NCBI GenBank assembly: GCA_976551045.1
Contig: CDPCPM010000054.1
Location: forward strand, 18,290,001 to 18,354,000
DNA: 64,000 nt
Direction: 5' to 3'
DNA from: Glaucostegus cemiculus
Lineage: Eukaryota
Shown: positions 11,701 to 24,260 of the stretch, piece by piece
Layout of the letters: each line of letters starts with the position of its first letter
Position numbering within the stretch: the first letter of the stretch is position 1
Notes under the pieces: generated by a model
The model's input: the letters and a program-made list of their open reading frames with translations, nothing else
Databases searched by the model: none
What the model was told of the DNA's origin: nothing
Position numbers and translations under genes: made by a program

Positions 11701-14700
11701 ATTTTGAGAACACCCTGTCACAATCTTCTTGTCAATTGATCCAAGATATAATTCCGCTATCTATCTAAACAAAGGCATCTTAGTGAATGTATGTGGGATT
11801 AGTCTATTAACTTAGGCAAGCATCGGTGTTCGTTTAATGCTTTTGTATGCAGGTATATTAGTCTCTGAAATACTGATCTGCTGAAACTGATGGTTTCTTT
11901 TCAAAGTAATGCAAACGCGGCAGAATGCATAGAGAAAGACAGGACATGGCTTATAGTTTTCTAACTACTTAGAGCTCTTTCATCTGTCAGTATAAAGGAA
12001 GTCTGAATCTTGATGGGAATCTATAGTCATGGTCTCTGTCTGACATCTGTGGCATGGCCGTTAATCAAGCAGCATGAGGTGGTTGGTGGCAGTTTGTTGC
12101 AGTGTCTATCTATAACTAATTAGAGCATACAAAATAGGTCTGTCGCACTCATCGAAACAGCAACAAGCAAAATCAGTACACTGCTTGCTCTGTCTGTATG
12201 TATATGTAGTTAATTGGCCAGTCAGGTTAATGAGCAATTGTAACAATTAGAAATGAATAGCAACACATTAAAAAAAATCACAAGGTATCAAGTGAGCAAA
12301 TTGCATCTGCACCAGAAAACCTGCATTTTTAAGCAGTGAGATTATAATATACTGACTACAAATCGAGCATTGCATTTTTATGAATTGATCCAGCAAATGG
12401 AAATGTTAACAATGTACATACTGTCAATAAGAAATGCAGGGTTAGCATTTACATAGAGCTACATGTTGTAAGCACAGGAGTGACTGCATTCATTAAAAAA
12501 TAAACTCTTCCTTTCCCCCTTACTGTTTTGATATTTCTAAAGGGAGTCACCAAAATCAATTTTCCTTACATACTGCAATGCATGACTTACCTCTAGGTGC
12601 TGCTGGTTAAGATTCACCTTCATTTGGTATAGTGAAGACTGAAATTGAGTTTAGTATCTGAACTGAAGTCTGACATGAATTAAATTCCTGCATTGGAATA
12701 GTTTCAGTTTTCCACTGTTATCCATTTTTTAATGACAAGGTAAAGACCCCAAACTGAGGGAAGTTCAGTAGTTCTTCCATTAGACTGATCTTCAACACCC
12801 AATATGGACGAAACCAGAATCCTTATTTGGACACTCCGATAGATAAAATAAGGTATAACCTATGTTTAATATCAGGAACCTGCATTTGCATATAGCACAT
12901 TTTGTTTATTGGCAGAAAAACCTTTATTATAGGAAAAAATAATTAATATTTGCTAAATTAAATTTGACTAACAGCCCCTCAGCTTGATAAGGAGGCCATT
13001 CCTAAATACTTCATCCACCAAACTGGAATTGCTATGCAACTGAATAGACTATATATTAATTTGGTTAAACCTGATAGTTAATAAATTGTAGTTGAAATTA
13101 AGTCCAAACCTTCTGGTGCTATTGCTTGAGCAAGATGAGCAATGATTCGTCACTGAAGTTTCAGTCTATTTGTTAGGTTTGGGTGATTGATGAAAAGATT
13201 ATAACACAAAATATAATTGGTTGTACAAGATGGAAGACATGCCACAACTGACATGCCATCAGCTATCCACTCTCACTCCTCCAAAGTATCTTACAGAGGA
13301 CATCTGTAGCAGCAGAAATGTACTACAGCAGATATGTAGCAGTGTTTGGGACCTGTAGTTGGCTTCATCTACCAGACTGAGTCCTACATTTCCGTGATTA
13401 CTTCTGGTTGTGATACAATGCATCAGTCATGTTCTTCCATTTGACAAATTAACATGCATATTCCTCTGGCTTTAAGTCTTCAAGGTTGATAAAGGAACAC
13501 ATTTGTCAAGAATAATTTGACATCACATGATTGACTTGTACACTGTGTTTTAGAATTGTTGGGTTGCATTTTTTTTCTTTAAAGTGTAGTGGTTGATTGA
13601 AGTGATGGTCTCACAAAGGATGCAGCTGTAATGATAACACAATGAATGGAAAACCACACCGATGTAAGATAGCCCTTCCCCCAACTGGGAACTTTTCAGG
13701 AGTGCAAGGAAGTGTGATGTATTCAGGATCCCAAAGGCTCCATGTTCTCATTGTGTCCTGGGTTATGATTGACGGTTTGACATAAAGACAAATCACAGGA
13801 CTGCCAAGGTGAAGGCTGAATGTATAGATATAGTGAGAAGGAAGTTGGGTCACATTCCACATATGCTTCATCTAAAGGAAATGGAGAAAGGAAACTGCAG
13901 TCAAAGTACTGACAGCCCATGGAAAATCAGGCTTGTTTAAGTTTATGGACTTCCTGTCCCTACTAACACTCCAGACAAAATCTGTCCATTTTTGTTGTCC
14001 TTTCTTGAGAGAAAATTACCCAAATTTACCTTGTGTTTCTTCAGACTGTAGCAGTTTATGGTAATTATTGAAAGAGATGGTTTGGGAGTGTGTTGGTATT
14101 GTTATGTAATTCAAAATTCCAGCAAGAATAAGTGGTTCCCTTGTTCCATTTTTGACTCAAGTATCTTCCATAACCAGATATTAGCTACTATGTAAAAGTG
14201 TATTTAATATGTTCTTAGTGATTAGTTAGCATTTGTTAGAGTTATAAAACTGCTTTGTTGCAATTAAGTGAAATTACTCCATGTTAGAGATAACATGCTT
14301 ATATACACATTGATGTGTAGAATTTCAATGCATTAAGGTCAAAGGAGCATTAGAATAGCTTTGTTTCATGGGACAGACTAATATAAGGCACATAATGCCA
14401 CATTAATTTTTTGGGAGGCTGCATTTTAAATAGCAACTACAGGCAACATGTACAATTATATATTTGCCTTATTACCGACACTGCATTGTTATGAAAATGG
14501 CACTGAATTAACAGAGGATCAACCAAGAGGCATTTTAAAGAGTAAATTAACTCTGTCATTTCACAAAGAAATGATTGTGTGCTACTATATCTTATTTTGC
14601 TGGACATGATGGAAGAGGAAAATAAAAAGTGGCTGAGGCAGCCCATTAAAGTGCAAGGCCATGGGATAGAGCTGAGTAGCATGCTAAATGATGACTTCCA

Positions 14701-15866
14701 CTTGGCTATTTAGTATTATGTTTCTTTCAACTCAGCAGAAGGTGGATCGAACTTGTGTCCTGTAGGTGCAGCAGAATTGTGGCAGTAATGTTGACTACTA
14801 GCACTTAACTCTGTCCTGCACAGAATAGTGTTGTGCTCGCCATAGGGAGGGGTGGAAGTGATAATGAATGCCGCTGGAAAACATGCATTGGGATCTCAAT
14901 GTGTGACAAGCTTTGTCATTTGACTAGGTACAGGTTTCACATATAGTCTGTGCTTTCACTTTGTTATCTGGCTTTGAGACTGCTGAGTGCCCTTGTGGAT
15001 ATCCGTGGGATCATATTTTGTAGGGGAAGAGAACCAGTTGATTCCAGGCAGCTCTGACTGAGGTCATACCTCATATCTGAAACGGGAGGTGTCATTGCCT
15101 CTTTAAACCAGCACCATGCCCGATGGTTCACAGGAACTGATGGGGAGAACTCTAGAATACTGGTAGTCAATGAAAGTCACTCTCCATGTTGAAAGAAGCC
15201 CTGGATGAGAATGAACACTCCAGTTTTTGTCCTCTGCCACAGATGCTTCATTTGGTAAGGTGAAGAGAAAGAGAAAGGTGCTCTATCCACAGAAAGCCAA
15301 CTGTTGTGAAGTTTCAGTAGGAGGAGGTCACAATCCAAGAGTAAAGTGCCAAGGTCCTGTACACAGTGGTGTAGTCATCAAGTCTTGTCTTTTGCTTAGG
15401 CCATGAGGCTTCCCTCACCTCCCAGTAATCTCCGTCAGTGTGTCAATCTTACCTAATATTTATAGACTGCACTGTATTTTCACATGCTTCTCACTGCTCC
15501 AAGCATTACACCTACATCTCACAGCTTCCACACATTGCCATTAATTCAACAATGGCAGGCAAATCCCCCAGACCCATTGCAAGATACACACCTACACAAT
15601 CCTCTCCCTCTCTTGCAGAAGATAGTACCAAACTGGCAAAGGACATGGCCATTTCCATCACTTACTTGTCTCAAGGAGAGTATGACCATCAATGGATCCA
15701 GAGCCAGCAGTGATCTAGAGAACACTGAAGATGATGGCATATCCATACCAGTTCTTCTTCCTCACATCTCACATTCCTCTTATCCCACAATCTGTTCATC
15801 CACAACAGTAATATCATGCCATTTGTGCTGAGAGAGAGAATTCAAGCAGTGAGTGAAGCACATTGC

Positions 15867-15967
15867 AAGTCCTGATACAGGGTTTTGACCCAAAACGTCA
15901 ACAGTTCCTTTCCTCCCTCAGATGCTCCTCGACCTGTTGAGTTCCTCCAGCAGATTGTTTGTTGCTC
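15867..15967 (+). mobile_element. Short Penelope-LTR-like repeat with a degenerate hammerhead-like core
   Basis: agtcctgatacagggttttgacccaaaacgtcaac...cagatgctcctcgacctgttgagttcctccagcagattgtttgttgctc. Confidence 0.6.
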
Positions 15968-15974
15968 ATGTATC

Positions 15975-16345
15975 AAGTGGATAGTTTCAAGTATCCCAGA
16001 TGTTACTTGGGCTCCCATCCAGGCAAGTGGCGAGTATTCCATAGTGCTCCTGACTCGTAGCTTGCAGATAGTGGAAAGGCTTTGTGGAGTCAGTTGACTT
16101 TCTCATGACAGAATCCTAGCTTCTGAAGTACCATTATAAACACAACATTAAGAGGTTCATCCAGTTAAATTTCTGATCAACAGTAAACCTGGGGTCTTGC
16201 TGATGTGGGATTCAACAATGACATTGCCTTTCGAATATCAAGAGTAAGTGACTAGACTCTCGCATTTCATGTGGCACAGGTGTTGCTTTCCATGAAGCCA
16301 TGATGTAGTCCATGTCTTACTCCATATAGCCAAGACCTGCTTCAT
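15975..16345 (-). mobile_element. Decayed LINE (CR1/L2-group) RT C-terminal fragment
   Basis: Minus-strand translation 'MEYSPLAWMGA'. Same family as 41440-41952 ('TVMEYCSAYL'). Confidence 0.6.
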
Positions 16346-16864
16346 TATCTGAACTTTGGCAGTTCTGCTTGGGCTTCCCCTTAATGGAACTGCTGAACAT
16401 CATGTCTCTTCATGAATATGTACTGTAAAGGATCGGGTCATCGCCTTCTTCATTGCTGCTCGTTCTCTTCCTCTTCTCTTTTCTCTGCAGCTGCTAGCAA
16501 GGGATGCCTGTGTGATTGCAAGTAAACCACCGGGATCTATAGTGTTTAAAGGAGAGCAGCTCAATTTCAGTCCTGGCTACAGCATACTTATGGAGGTTTG
16601 GTGATATAATGGAAGGCAACAGGTCTTTTATTGTGAGAGCATTCTATGAATGTAACAATGAGTGGAATCAGGAGCTGGTGTCCCCTTAATCCTTATCCAC
16701 CCAGCAACCATCCAGTGGTCTGGTGGATAAGGTGATTATGTGGGCTCCTTCAGTTATGGTATGGGTCTGCATTCTGAGCTGAAGCTTTCGAGCAAATGTA
16801 GTAGCAGTCAGTCATACAGTACATCACTGGGAAGCTCACAATATGGCCTCTGTGCTGCTCTCAA

Positions 16865-18797
16865 GAACATAGAACCATAGGACAATACAGCACAATACAG
16901 GCCCATCATGTTGTGCCGTCCATCAAACCACACCTCACTATCTAACCCTTTCCTCCCACATATCCCTCTATCCCACATTCCTCCATATGCCTAGCCAACA
17001 ATCTCTTGAACCTGTCCGACGTATCTGCCCCCACCAACCTTCCCCCCCCCCCCCCCCCCACAGGCAGGGCATTCCATGCACAAACCACTTTCTGGGTGAA
17101 AAACCTCCCTCTGACATCTCCCCTGAACTTTCCACCCATAACTTTAAAGCCATGCCCTCTTGTCTTGAGCATTGTTGCCCTGGGAAAGAAGCGTTGGCTA
17201 TCTATCTATTCCTCTCAATATTTTATACTACTCTATCAAGTCTCCTCTCATCCTCCTCCTCTCCAATGAGTAAAGTCCTAGTACCTTAAGCCTCTCCTCA
17301 TATTCCATATGCTGTAATCCAGGCATCATCCTGGTAAATCACCTCTGTATCCTCTCCAACGCCTCCACATCCTTCCTATAACGTGGCGACCAGAACTGAA
17401 CACAGTACTCTAGTGTGGTCTAACTAGAATTTTGTAAAGCTGCATCATCACTTTGTGGCTCTTAAATTCGATCCCATTATTTATGAAAGCTAACATCCCA
17501 TAGGCCTTCTTAACTGCCCTGTCCACCTGTGAGGCAACTTTCAGTGAAATTTGGATATGAACCCCCAGATCCCTCTGCTCCTCTACACTGCCAAGTACCT
17601 TGCCATTTACCTTGTACTCTGCCCTGGAGTTTGTCCTTTCAAAGTGTACCACCTCACACTTCTCCGGATTGAACTCCATCTGCCAGTTGTCTGCCCAGTT
17701 CTGTATCCTATCAATATCCCTCTGTAAGCTCCGACAGCCCTCCACACTATCCACCACACCGCCAATCTTAGTGTCGTCGGCAAACTTACTAACCCAGCCT
17801 TCCACCCCCTCATCTAAGTCATCTATAAATATAACAAAAAGTAGAGGTCCCAGAACAGATCCCTGCGGGACACCACTAGTCACAGCCCTCCAATCCGAGG
17901 GCACTCCCTCCACCACAACCCTCTGCTTTCTACAGGCAAGCCAATTGCTAATCTACACAGCCAATCTTCCCTGGGTCCCTTGACCTCTGATCTTCTGAAG
18001 AAGCCTACCATGAGAACCTTATCAAATGCCTTACTAAAATCCATATAGACCGCATTCACCACACTGCCCTCATCAACCTTGCTTGTCACCTCCTCAAAGA
18101 ACTCTATCAGGTTTGTGAGGCAAGATCATCCCTTCACAAAGCCATGCTGGCTGTCCCTAATCAGTTCATGATTCTCTAGGTGTTCATAGATCCTATCCCT
18201 TAGAATCCTCTCTAACAGCTTACCCACCACAGACATGAGACTCACCAGTCTGTAATTCCATGGACTATCCCTACCACCTTTTTTGAACAAGGGGACAACA
18301 TTTGCCACCCTCTAATCCTCCAGTACCATCCCCATGGACAACGAGGACTCAAAGATCCTTACCAGTGGTTCAGCTGTCTCCTCCCTCGCCTTGCAAAGCA
18401 ACCTGGGGAATAGACTTATCTGTCTTGATATTATTTAACAACTTCAACACATCCTCTCTCTTGAATCTACATACTCAAGAACATTACTCTTACCAACACT
18501 CTCTACCGCATCATCAAGACCCCTCTCCTTGGTGAATATCGAAGAGAAGTATTCATTGAGAACTTCTCCCACTTCCACCGTCTCCAGGCACATCCTCCCA
18601 CCTTTGTCTTTAATCTGACCTACCTTTATCCTAGCCATCCTTCTGCCCTTCACGTACTTGAATAAAGCCTTGGGGTTTTCCTTAACCCTACTAGCTAATG
18701 CCTTTTCATGTCCCCTTCTAGCTCTCCTCAGTCCTTTCTTAAGTTCCTTACTTGCTACGCTATATTCCTCATGGGCCCAGTCTGAGCCTTACTGCTT
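16865..18797 (-). mobile_element. 5'-truncated CR1-type LINE, relatively young, with frameshifted ORF2 (reverse transcriptase)
   Basis: Minus-strand ORF fragments 'ANVVPLFKKGGRDSPWNYRLVSL...QHGFVKG', 'YMDFSKAFDKV', 'SGVPQGSVLGPLLFVIFIDDL...FADDTK', 'FFTQKVVCAWNALP'. 3' tail at ~16865; internal (C)18 run at 17042-17059. Confidence 0.93.
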
Positions 18798-20152
18798 AGA
18801 AGAAGATTAATTTGTCTTTCCTGGATAACAGAGGCCTGTTACTTCCTTAAGGCACAGAGAGCTACATCTTGTGACACCTTGCAGTTTAACCAGAATCACT
18901 CTGGAATGACTCTTCAAGAGAAAGAATAATGATGATTACTTCCAGAGGCAGAATGGTCCATGCATCATTATGTGGCTTAAGACATAGGGGAGATCTCAAC
19001 CTCGCTGAAGAAGTGGGGTCTCAGTTGTTAATTCTCCTCGGTCACCCTGAGCACCTTCACTGATCACTTTTGCCTGGTGATCTGCCTTCACCACCCCTTG
19101 ACCTCTCCACCTCTTGCTTCTTCTGGCAGCTTGCCTTGCTCATCAGATCATCTCTTCCTCCCATTTCTATCATGTGGTGGCATAGTGCACCCATTTGTGC
19201 CAGGAAACGGTGTCTAAAGAGATTGCCAGATCAAACCCTGTCACAGCATCCTCTGAAAGATTGACAGAACGTTATCTCTAGCAGATAAGTAACTGCAGTT
19301 TCTCTCCGAAAAACTGCACTCTTAACAAACCTGCAGAATCATTCAAGAACCCTTTAAGTAGGGAAGGTTGGGATGGGAGTGCTTTTTACTGCAAAACATC
19401 AAAAGTTTTCCATGTGTGATTAACACAATGGCCTGGATTTTGTTCAGTAGAATCCACCACCCACTCTCACTGCCCTGCACTTACTTAGTTTGGCTGCTTC
19501 GGTCCGAACTTGCTAGTTGAGAGTGTCCTCGATTAGGCTGTACCCTCACACCATGTAATTTAGTCCCATGAGTGAATCAAAATCTTCCCCATCCACAAAA
19601 CAGCTGGGAAAACCTTTGGTGGGCAGCCTCTAAATGCTCCCTACTTTGCTATCTGTCAAAGCTGTGAAGCTTTTCAAATACTTCTGAATGCCCAAAAGCA
19701 TTCAACAACTATTATATTTGAAATAAATGATTAAAGCATTTCCAAACTGTATGAAATCATGGCAAAACATTTAAAAAAATAACAGAAAACATCAAAGTAA
19801 ATGTCAATAGTTATTGAGAAAGTATCACTTCATTCTTAAGTTTATTCCTGGCCACTATAAAATATCAATTGAAGTGTACAAGGGAAATCTCAGCAAGTTT
19901 GTGTTCTGTCATTGGCTTCTCTGTGGAGTTCAGTAATGGAATGTACTAACAAGTTTACCATGAGAAAACTTAGCAAATTTGGGACTTCTTTATTCAAATA
20001 AGTGTGTTCCAAAGTCCAGACCTGCTTGCATTTACAAGGATAAATGCCAGTAGTTTGTAGAGGGGTCAGCAAGATTCAACGTATAGCATTAGCAGTGTCA
20101 CTACAGCCTAATTTATTTGTATTGGTGTCAGCTCAAAGTTAAAAGTCAAAAT

Positions 20153-20490
20153 CAAGTTTATTGTCATATTCACTGGTACATGGATGCACACGTGCAATGA
20201 AAAACTTACTTGCAGCAGCATCACAGGCACATAGCATCATAGAAGCAGCATTCACAAGAAAACATAAATTAAACATGATTTTTACAAGAAAGAACATCAT
20301 TAGAACAAGAAAAAGCAAAGTCCAAAGTGGTCATGATATTGTTCTACTGAGGTAGTGATTAGGGTTGTGCAGGTTGGTTCAAGGACTGAATGGTTGAAGG
20401 AAAGTAGCTGTTCTTGAACCTGGTGCTGTAAGGCTTCAGGCCTCACAGTACCTCTTGCTCAATGGTAGCTGTGAGAAGATGGCAAGGCAG
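20153..20490 (-). mobile_element. Decayed LINE 3' end (Rex1/Babar-like)
   Basis: Starts with tttattgtcat (reverse complement of a ...atgacaataaa tail). Contains 'tagctgttcttgaacctggtg...ttcaggc', similar to 45783-46190. Confidence 0.55.
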
Positions 20491-22259
20491 AGTTGCATGA
20501 AGATTAAAATCTTGCCAACTCTGCATGTATGTCTTGCAAGCTATCATGCAATCCAATTTAGAGAGCGGCTTAATCCACACTAAAATGTGCGCTCAAGATT
20601 TGTGAATGAAGCTGAAAGCAAATTGGCACATCAAGTGCTGAAAGAACTGGCCCAATGCAGCATAGTTTTCAGGATAACTTCATAATTTTCAAATCTCAAT
20701 CAATTGAAGGAAGAAAAAATGGATTCAAGCTAGAAGTGAAGAACATGCACGATGTAGAAGGATAACAACAACTTTATTTTGGCTCCTCTTTTTCAACTTC
20801 TTATAGTATGGCTCTTTCATTAGGGAACAATTTTGATATTGCTTTGTGCAAACTTCAGGGAAACTCACCATTGCCATTGCCATTGCCACAGGTCATTGTT
20901 ACATTTCAGTCCACTGATGGCTTAGATTCCAATCCACATTTCTTTTGAGGCCATGTAACATGCAGTTGTAAGTTATAGAATGGTTTAGGCTTCAGGATAA
21001 AGGTTAAAGATGAAAGATTAAAATGCTGATAAAGGTGAGGAGGTATTCTGCTTAAAGCAGCCAAACTTGGATTGGAAACCTAAAGCCAGTATAAAATATA
21101 TTAGATATCCAGTCAGAACTTATTAAAACTACTTGAAGGTACAGCAGCAGATTTTTGCTGTGCAATCAGCATTTTAATGTCAGAGTACGGGACCATCTAG
21201 TTGCTAATAATTTTGCAATATGTTTCACTAGCACGTAATAGGTAATGACTTAAAATTAAAAATACTGTGAATGAGGCAAAATGTGCAGATTTCTTTTACC
21301 AGAATGAAAATTCTCAGAATGCAGACATTGGGGAACTCGATTTGCACAAGCATTTCTTCAAAGATATTACATATTATAATATTCTTAATTATTAGAATTT
21401 GAAATTAATTGAACATTTGCATTTGTTACCACCTTGTATTTGTTACCCCTTAATTGTTACCACCTTGTATTTACTCAATGGTATTGATTAGCCCATGTTT
21501 TAGAGTATTTGAAATTGCATCTCAATTTCTCCTTCTGTTGACAGGCGAGAATCTCATTCCTGTAGGCTTTATTGTAATTTATTTGAAGGATTAAAACAAA
21601 AGTTTTTGTTTAAGAAACATCTTATTTCATTTCATTCTAAAAAAAAATCATAAGCCACTTTTTTGCTTTGATTGTAATATTAATAGGTGCTGTATAAGTG
21701 TTCTATATATATTTTTATATTAGGGCTTCAAGTTATTGTTTACTGATCTGTTTGGGCCATTTGCCTCTGTTGTCAAGGCTCTGGCTTGTTGCTACCTTGT
21801 GTTGACACAAAGGAGAATATGAGTATTCCAGAAATTAATATGCTTTTGAATTTCCCTCTCTCCCAATTGATGTTGCTACTTGGAGCTTTCCATTCATGTG
21901 ACTGAGATTGGGAACTCACTGGCATGGAAAGGCAAAATCTAAAGAACTGGGCTTGGATATGATGGTCTTATGGTTGAACACCAGATTTACACTCTAGCTC
22001 AAACTCAGGACTACTTAATGTGCATGAACAGTTGTAGTTTAACATTCAAGAGTACCGTCAGGACAGGACAGGAAAGGAAATGATAAATAAGTGGGGAAAA
22101 AAGGGAGAGAAAAAAAATAAGTGGAAAAGGGGAGTGAGGGCACATGGAAATCCCCATTCCCATAGGGTGGAAGATACCTGCAGCTGCCAGTGAATCTATC
22201 TCCATCTCGCTGGCCTCCCAAGCACTCGTTTGTATGTAAGGGGTGTCCATAAGTTGAGT

Positions 22260-23250
22260 GTTCATATCCCAAGGAGCACCTGCATTGGATGAGAACAAAG
22301 ATTTAGAGTAAGTCAAAAAATGTTCTCAGTAAAATGATACAGACATGGATTGAAATAAGCAGGTAAGAATACTGAACGTTTCAGTAAATAATATGTTTAG
22401 GGGAAGTGAAGAAAGGATTGGGTGCCAATACTGTTTGATAAAGATTATTACATAATGAAGAAAGAGGATGTCCTTGAGGGATCAAGGACAGAATCCTTCT
22501 AGTTAAAGTTTAGATACAATAAATGCACCATTTTTCTACTGGGAGATATTCTGGAGATTCCACAGTCCATTGCGTAGGACAAGGAGGCTGTAAGTGAAAT
22601 CTAGTGGGAAGAACTGTACTATGGTGATGATAGTGTGGGATTCGTTTACTGGACTGCTGGTTGGGAAAATGTTAGAGTAAGAAGATTGAAATTGAAAATG
22701 GGTAGGGTGGGAGAGGGGAAGAATTTTCTGAAGTCTGCTTCAATCCTAACAAGGAAGGAGATGTTATTGGATCTGGTTCTGGGGAATGAATTGAGCAATG
22801 TTGATTAAGTGTGAGGGAGAACATAAAGGAAACACTGATCATTGTTCAGCTTTAAATTAGCAAGGAGCCATCTAGATTAGAACTTCTTAACTGGAGGAGA
22901 GCAAACTTCACTGTGATGAGAGGAGACCTGCTATGGGTGATTGATTGGTAAAATCACAAGAGAACAATATGCAGTCTCTGTAGATTCAATAGTTTGGTTG
23001 TCACCTAGATTAGCCAAAGCCAGAGCTCACTGAATGACAAAAGAGGTAAAGTGAATGATGAAAAAAAAAGGTGGATGCAGCATGAGGGAAAAAATGACTA
23101 AAGATGAAAAGAGAGAAAGATAAGAGGGGCAAAGAGAGGATTTGAAAATAGGCTGATGGTTAACATGAAAGGAAAACCAAACGTATATAAAATGAGTGGG
23201 AAGATGGAGGACAGGGTTAATTAGTGGCCAAAATGTTAATATATAAATGG
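22260..23250 (+). mobile_element. Heavily decayed CR1-type LINE (endonuclease/linker region)
   Basis: Purine-rich sequence with remnants 'ttggatctggttctggggaatga' (LDLVLGN), 'actgatcatt' (SDH-like) and 'aactggaggagagcaaacttc' (NWRRANF). Confidence 0.65.
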
Positions 23251-23849
23251 AGACAGTGGGCCTGGCTGGCAACTGCCTGCATGCAGCCACTCAGAAGGAA
23301 GTATCTATTGGCTTTATGTGGCTGTTCTTAAGTTCGATGTGGGATTCAGTAGTGAAACCTGAACATACTGGAACTCCCCAGTGTCACATTCAAACCCAGT
23401 GTTGGATCAGAATTCCTTTTGATTCAAATGGGTTTGCCAGCCTGGAGACTACAAGGAAAAGATTTTTTTTACTTAGTTTATTTTACCATCTTTAATTATT
23501 TTGTGGTGTTTAATACATTTTTAATCATTTCTTTAAAATGTTTAAATAGTTTGAATAATTATAATAATCTGTATAACATTTTACTATTTTGCAAGTCCCT
23601 AAAGATCAGAGTGTTTTTAAGCCTGTTTAAAATGGCTCACAACTCTGACAGAAGGTGAGACTCCACTCCTGACAATGGCTGCTGTCAAAGATTTCCAAGC
23701 ATTATTGAGACAGGCCCTCAGATGTATGCTGCTTGCAGCCTACATGATTGTGAGGCCTCACTGCATCCTGCTCATCCAGGTTTGGTGTCCAGACCGGGCC
23801 AGTGTGGGCAGGCAGATGCCATGAGTGAGCAGTTTGGACAGCAGGTCAA

Positions 23850-24260
23850 ATCTACCATGATTTACTCAATGAGAATATTGTATCCATCTTTGTCAAAGAT
23901 AAGGATGCTGTTGTACTTTCAGTAAGAAGGGAAGATAATGAATGCAATGACAATTGATAAGGAGGCTGTAATGAGAAGACTGGCTGTGCTTAGCATGAAT
24001 ATCTGAAAGGGAATACCTCCAGGTGAAAAAAGTTGGAGCAGATATTATAGAAGGGCGGGCCATGTTCTGGATGGCACTGCCTGAAAGTGCAGTGGATTCA
24101 GATTTGGCTGTGGCTTTCAAAAGGGAACTGGAGAAACATTTAAACGTTGTTTTTTTAAAAAGCAGGTCGAAAGGTGACCGAATGGCACTGACTAGATACT
24201 ATACAATGATCCATTACAAATTTGATGGGCCAAATGACTTTCTTTGTCATAATGATTCAA
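23850..24260 (+). mobile_element. Decayed CR1-type LINE 3' end
   Basis: ORF 24023 reads 'FWMALPESAVDSDLAVAFKRELEKHL', followed by the tail gatgggccaaatgacttt. Confidence 0.65.

Larger units (their letters stand above)
15170..19350. mobile_element. Heavily decayed Harbinger/PIF-like DNA transposon with nested insertions
   Basis: Minus-strand transposase-like remnants need small frameshifts: 'VSQ...CLKEVT' (~18830-18880), 'GWLLG(D)K' (~16690-16715), 'YAVARTEIE' (~16560-16590). A convergent + strand Myb/SANT-like remnant 'KRKRKVLYP...EEV...VPRSCTQ' lies at ~15260-15370. Read by eye only. Confidence 0.45.

Noticed and set aside
13235-13258. Two gacatgcca repeats as a p53/p63 element
   Set aside because: Both half-sites mismatch the consensus and are spaced apart; expected by chance in 64 kb.
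16865-18797. Active retrotransposon or domesticated RT gene
   Set aside because: 5'-truncated, with ORF2 broken into at least five pieces by stops and frameshifts.
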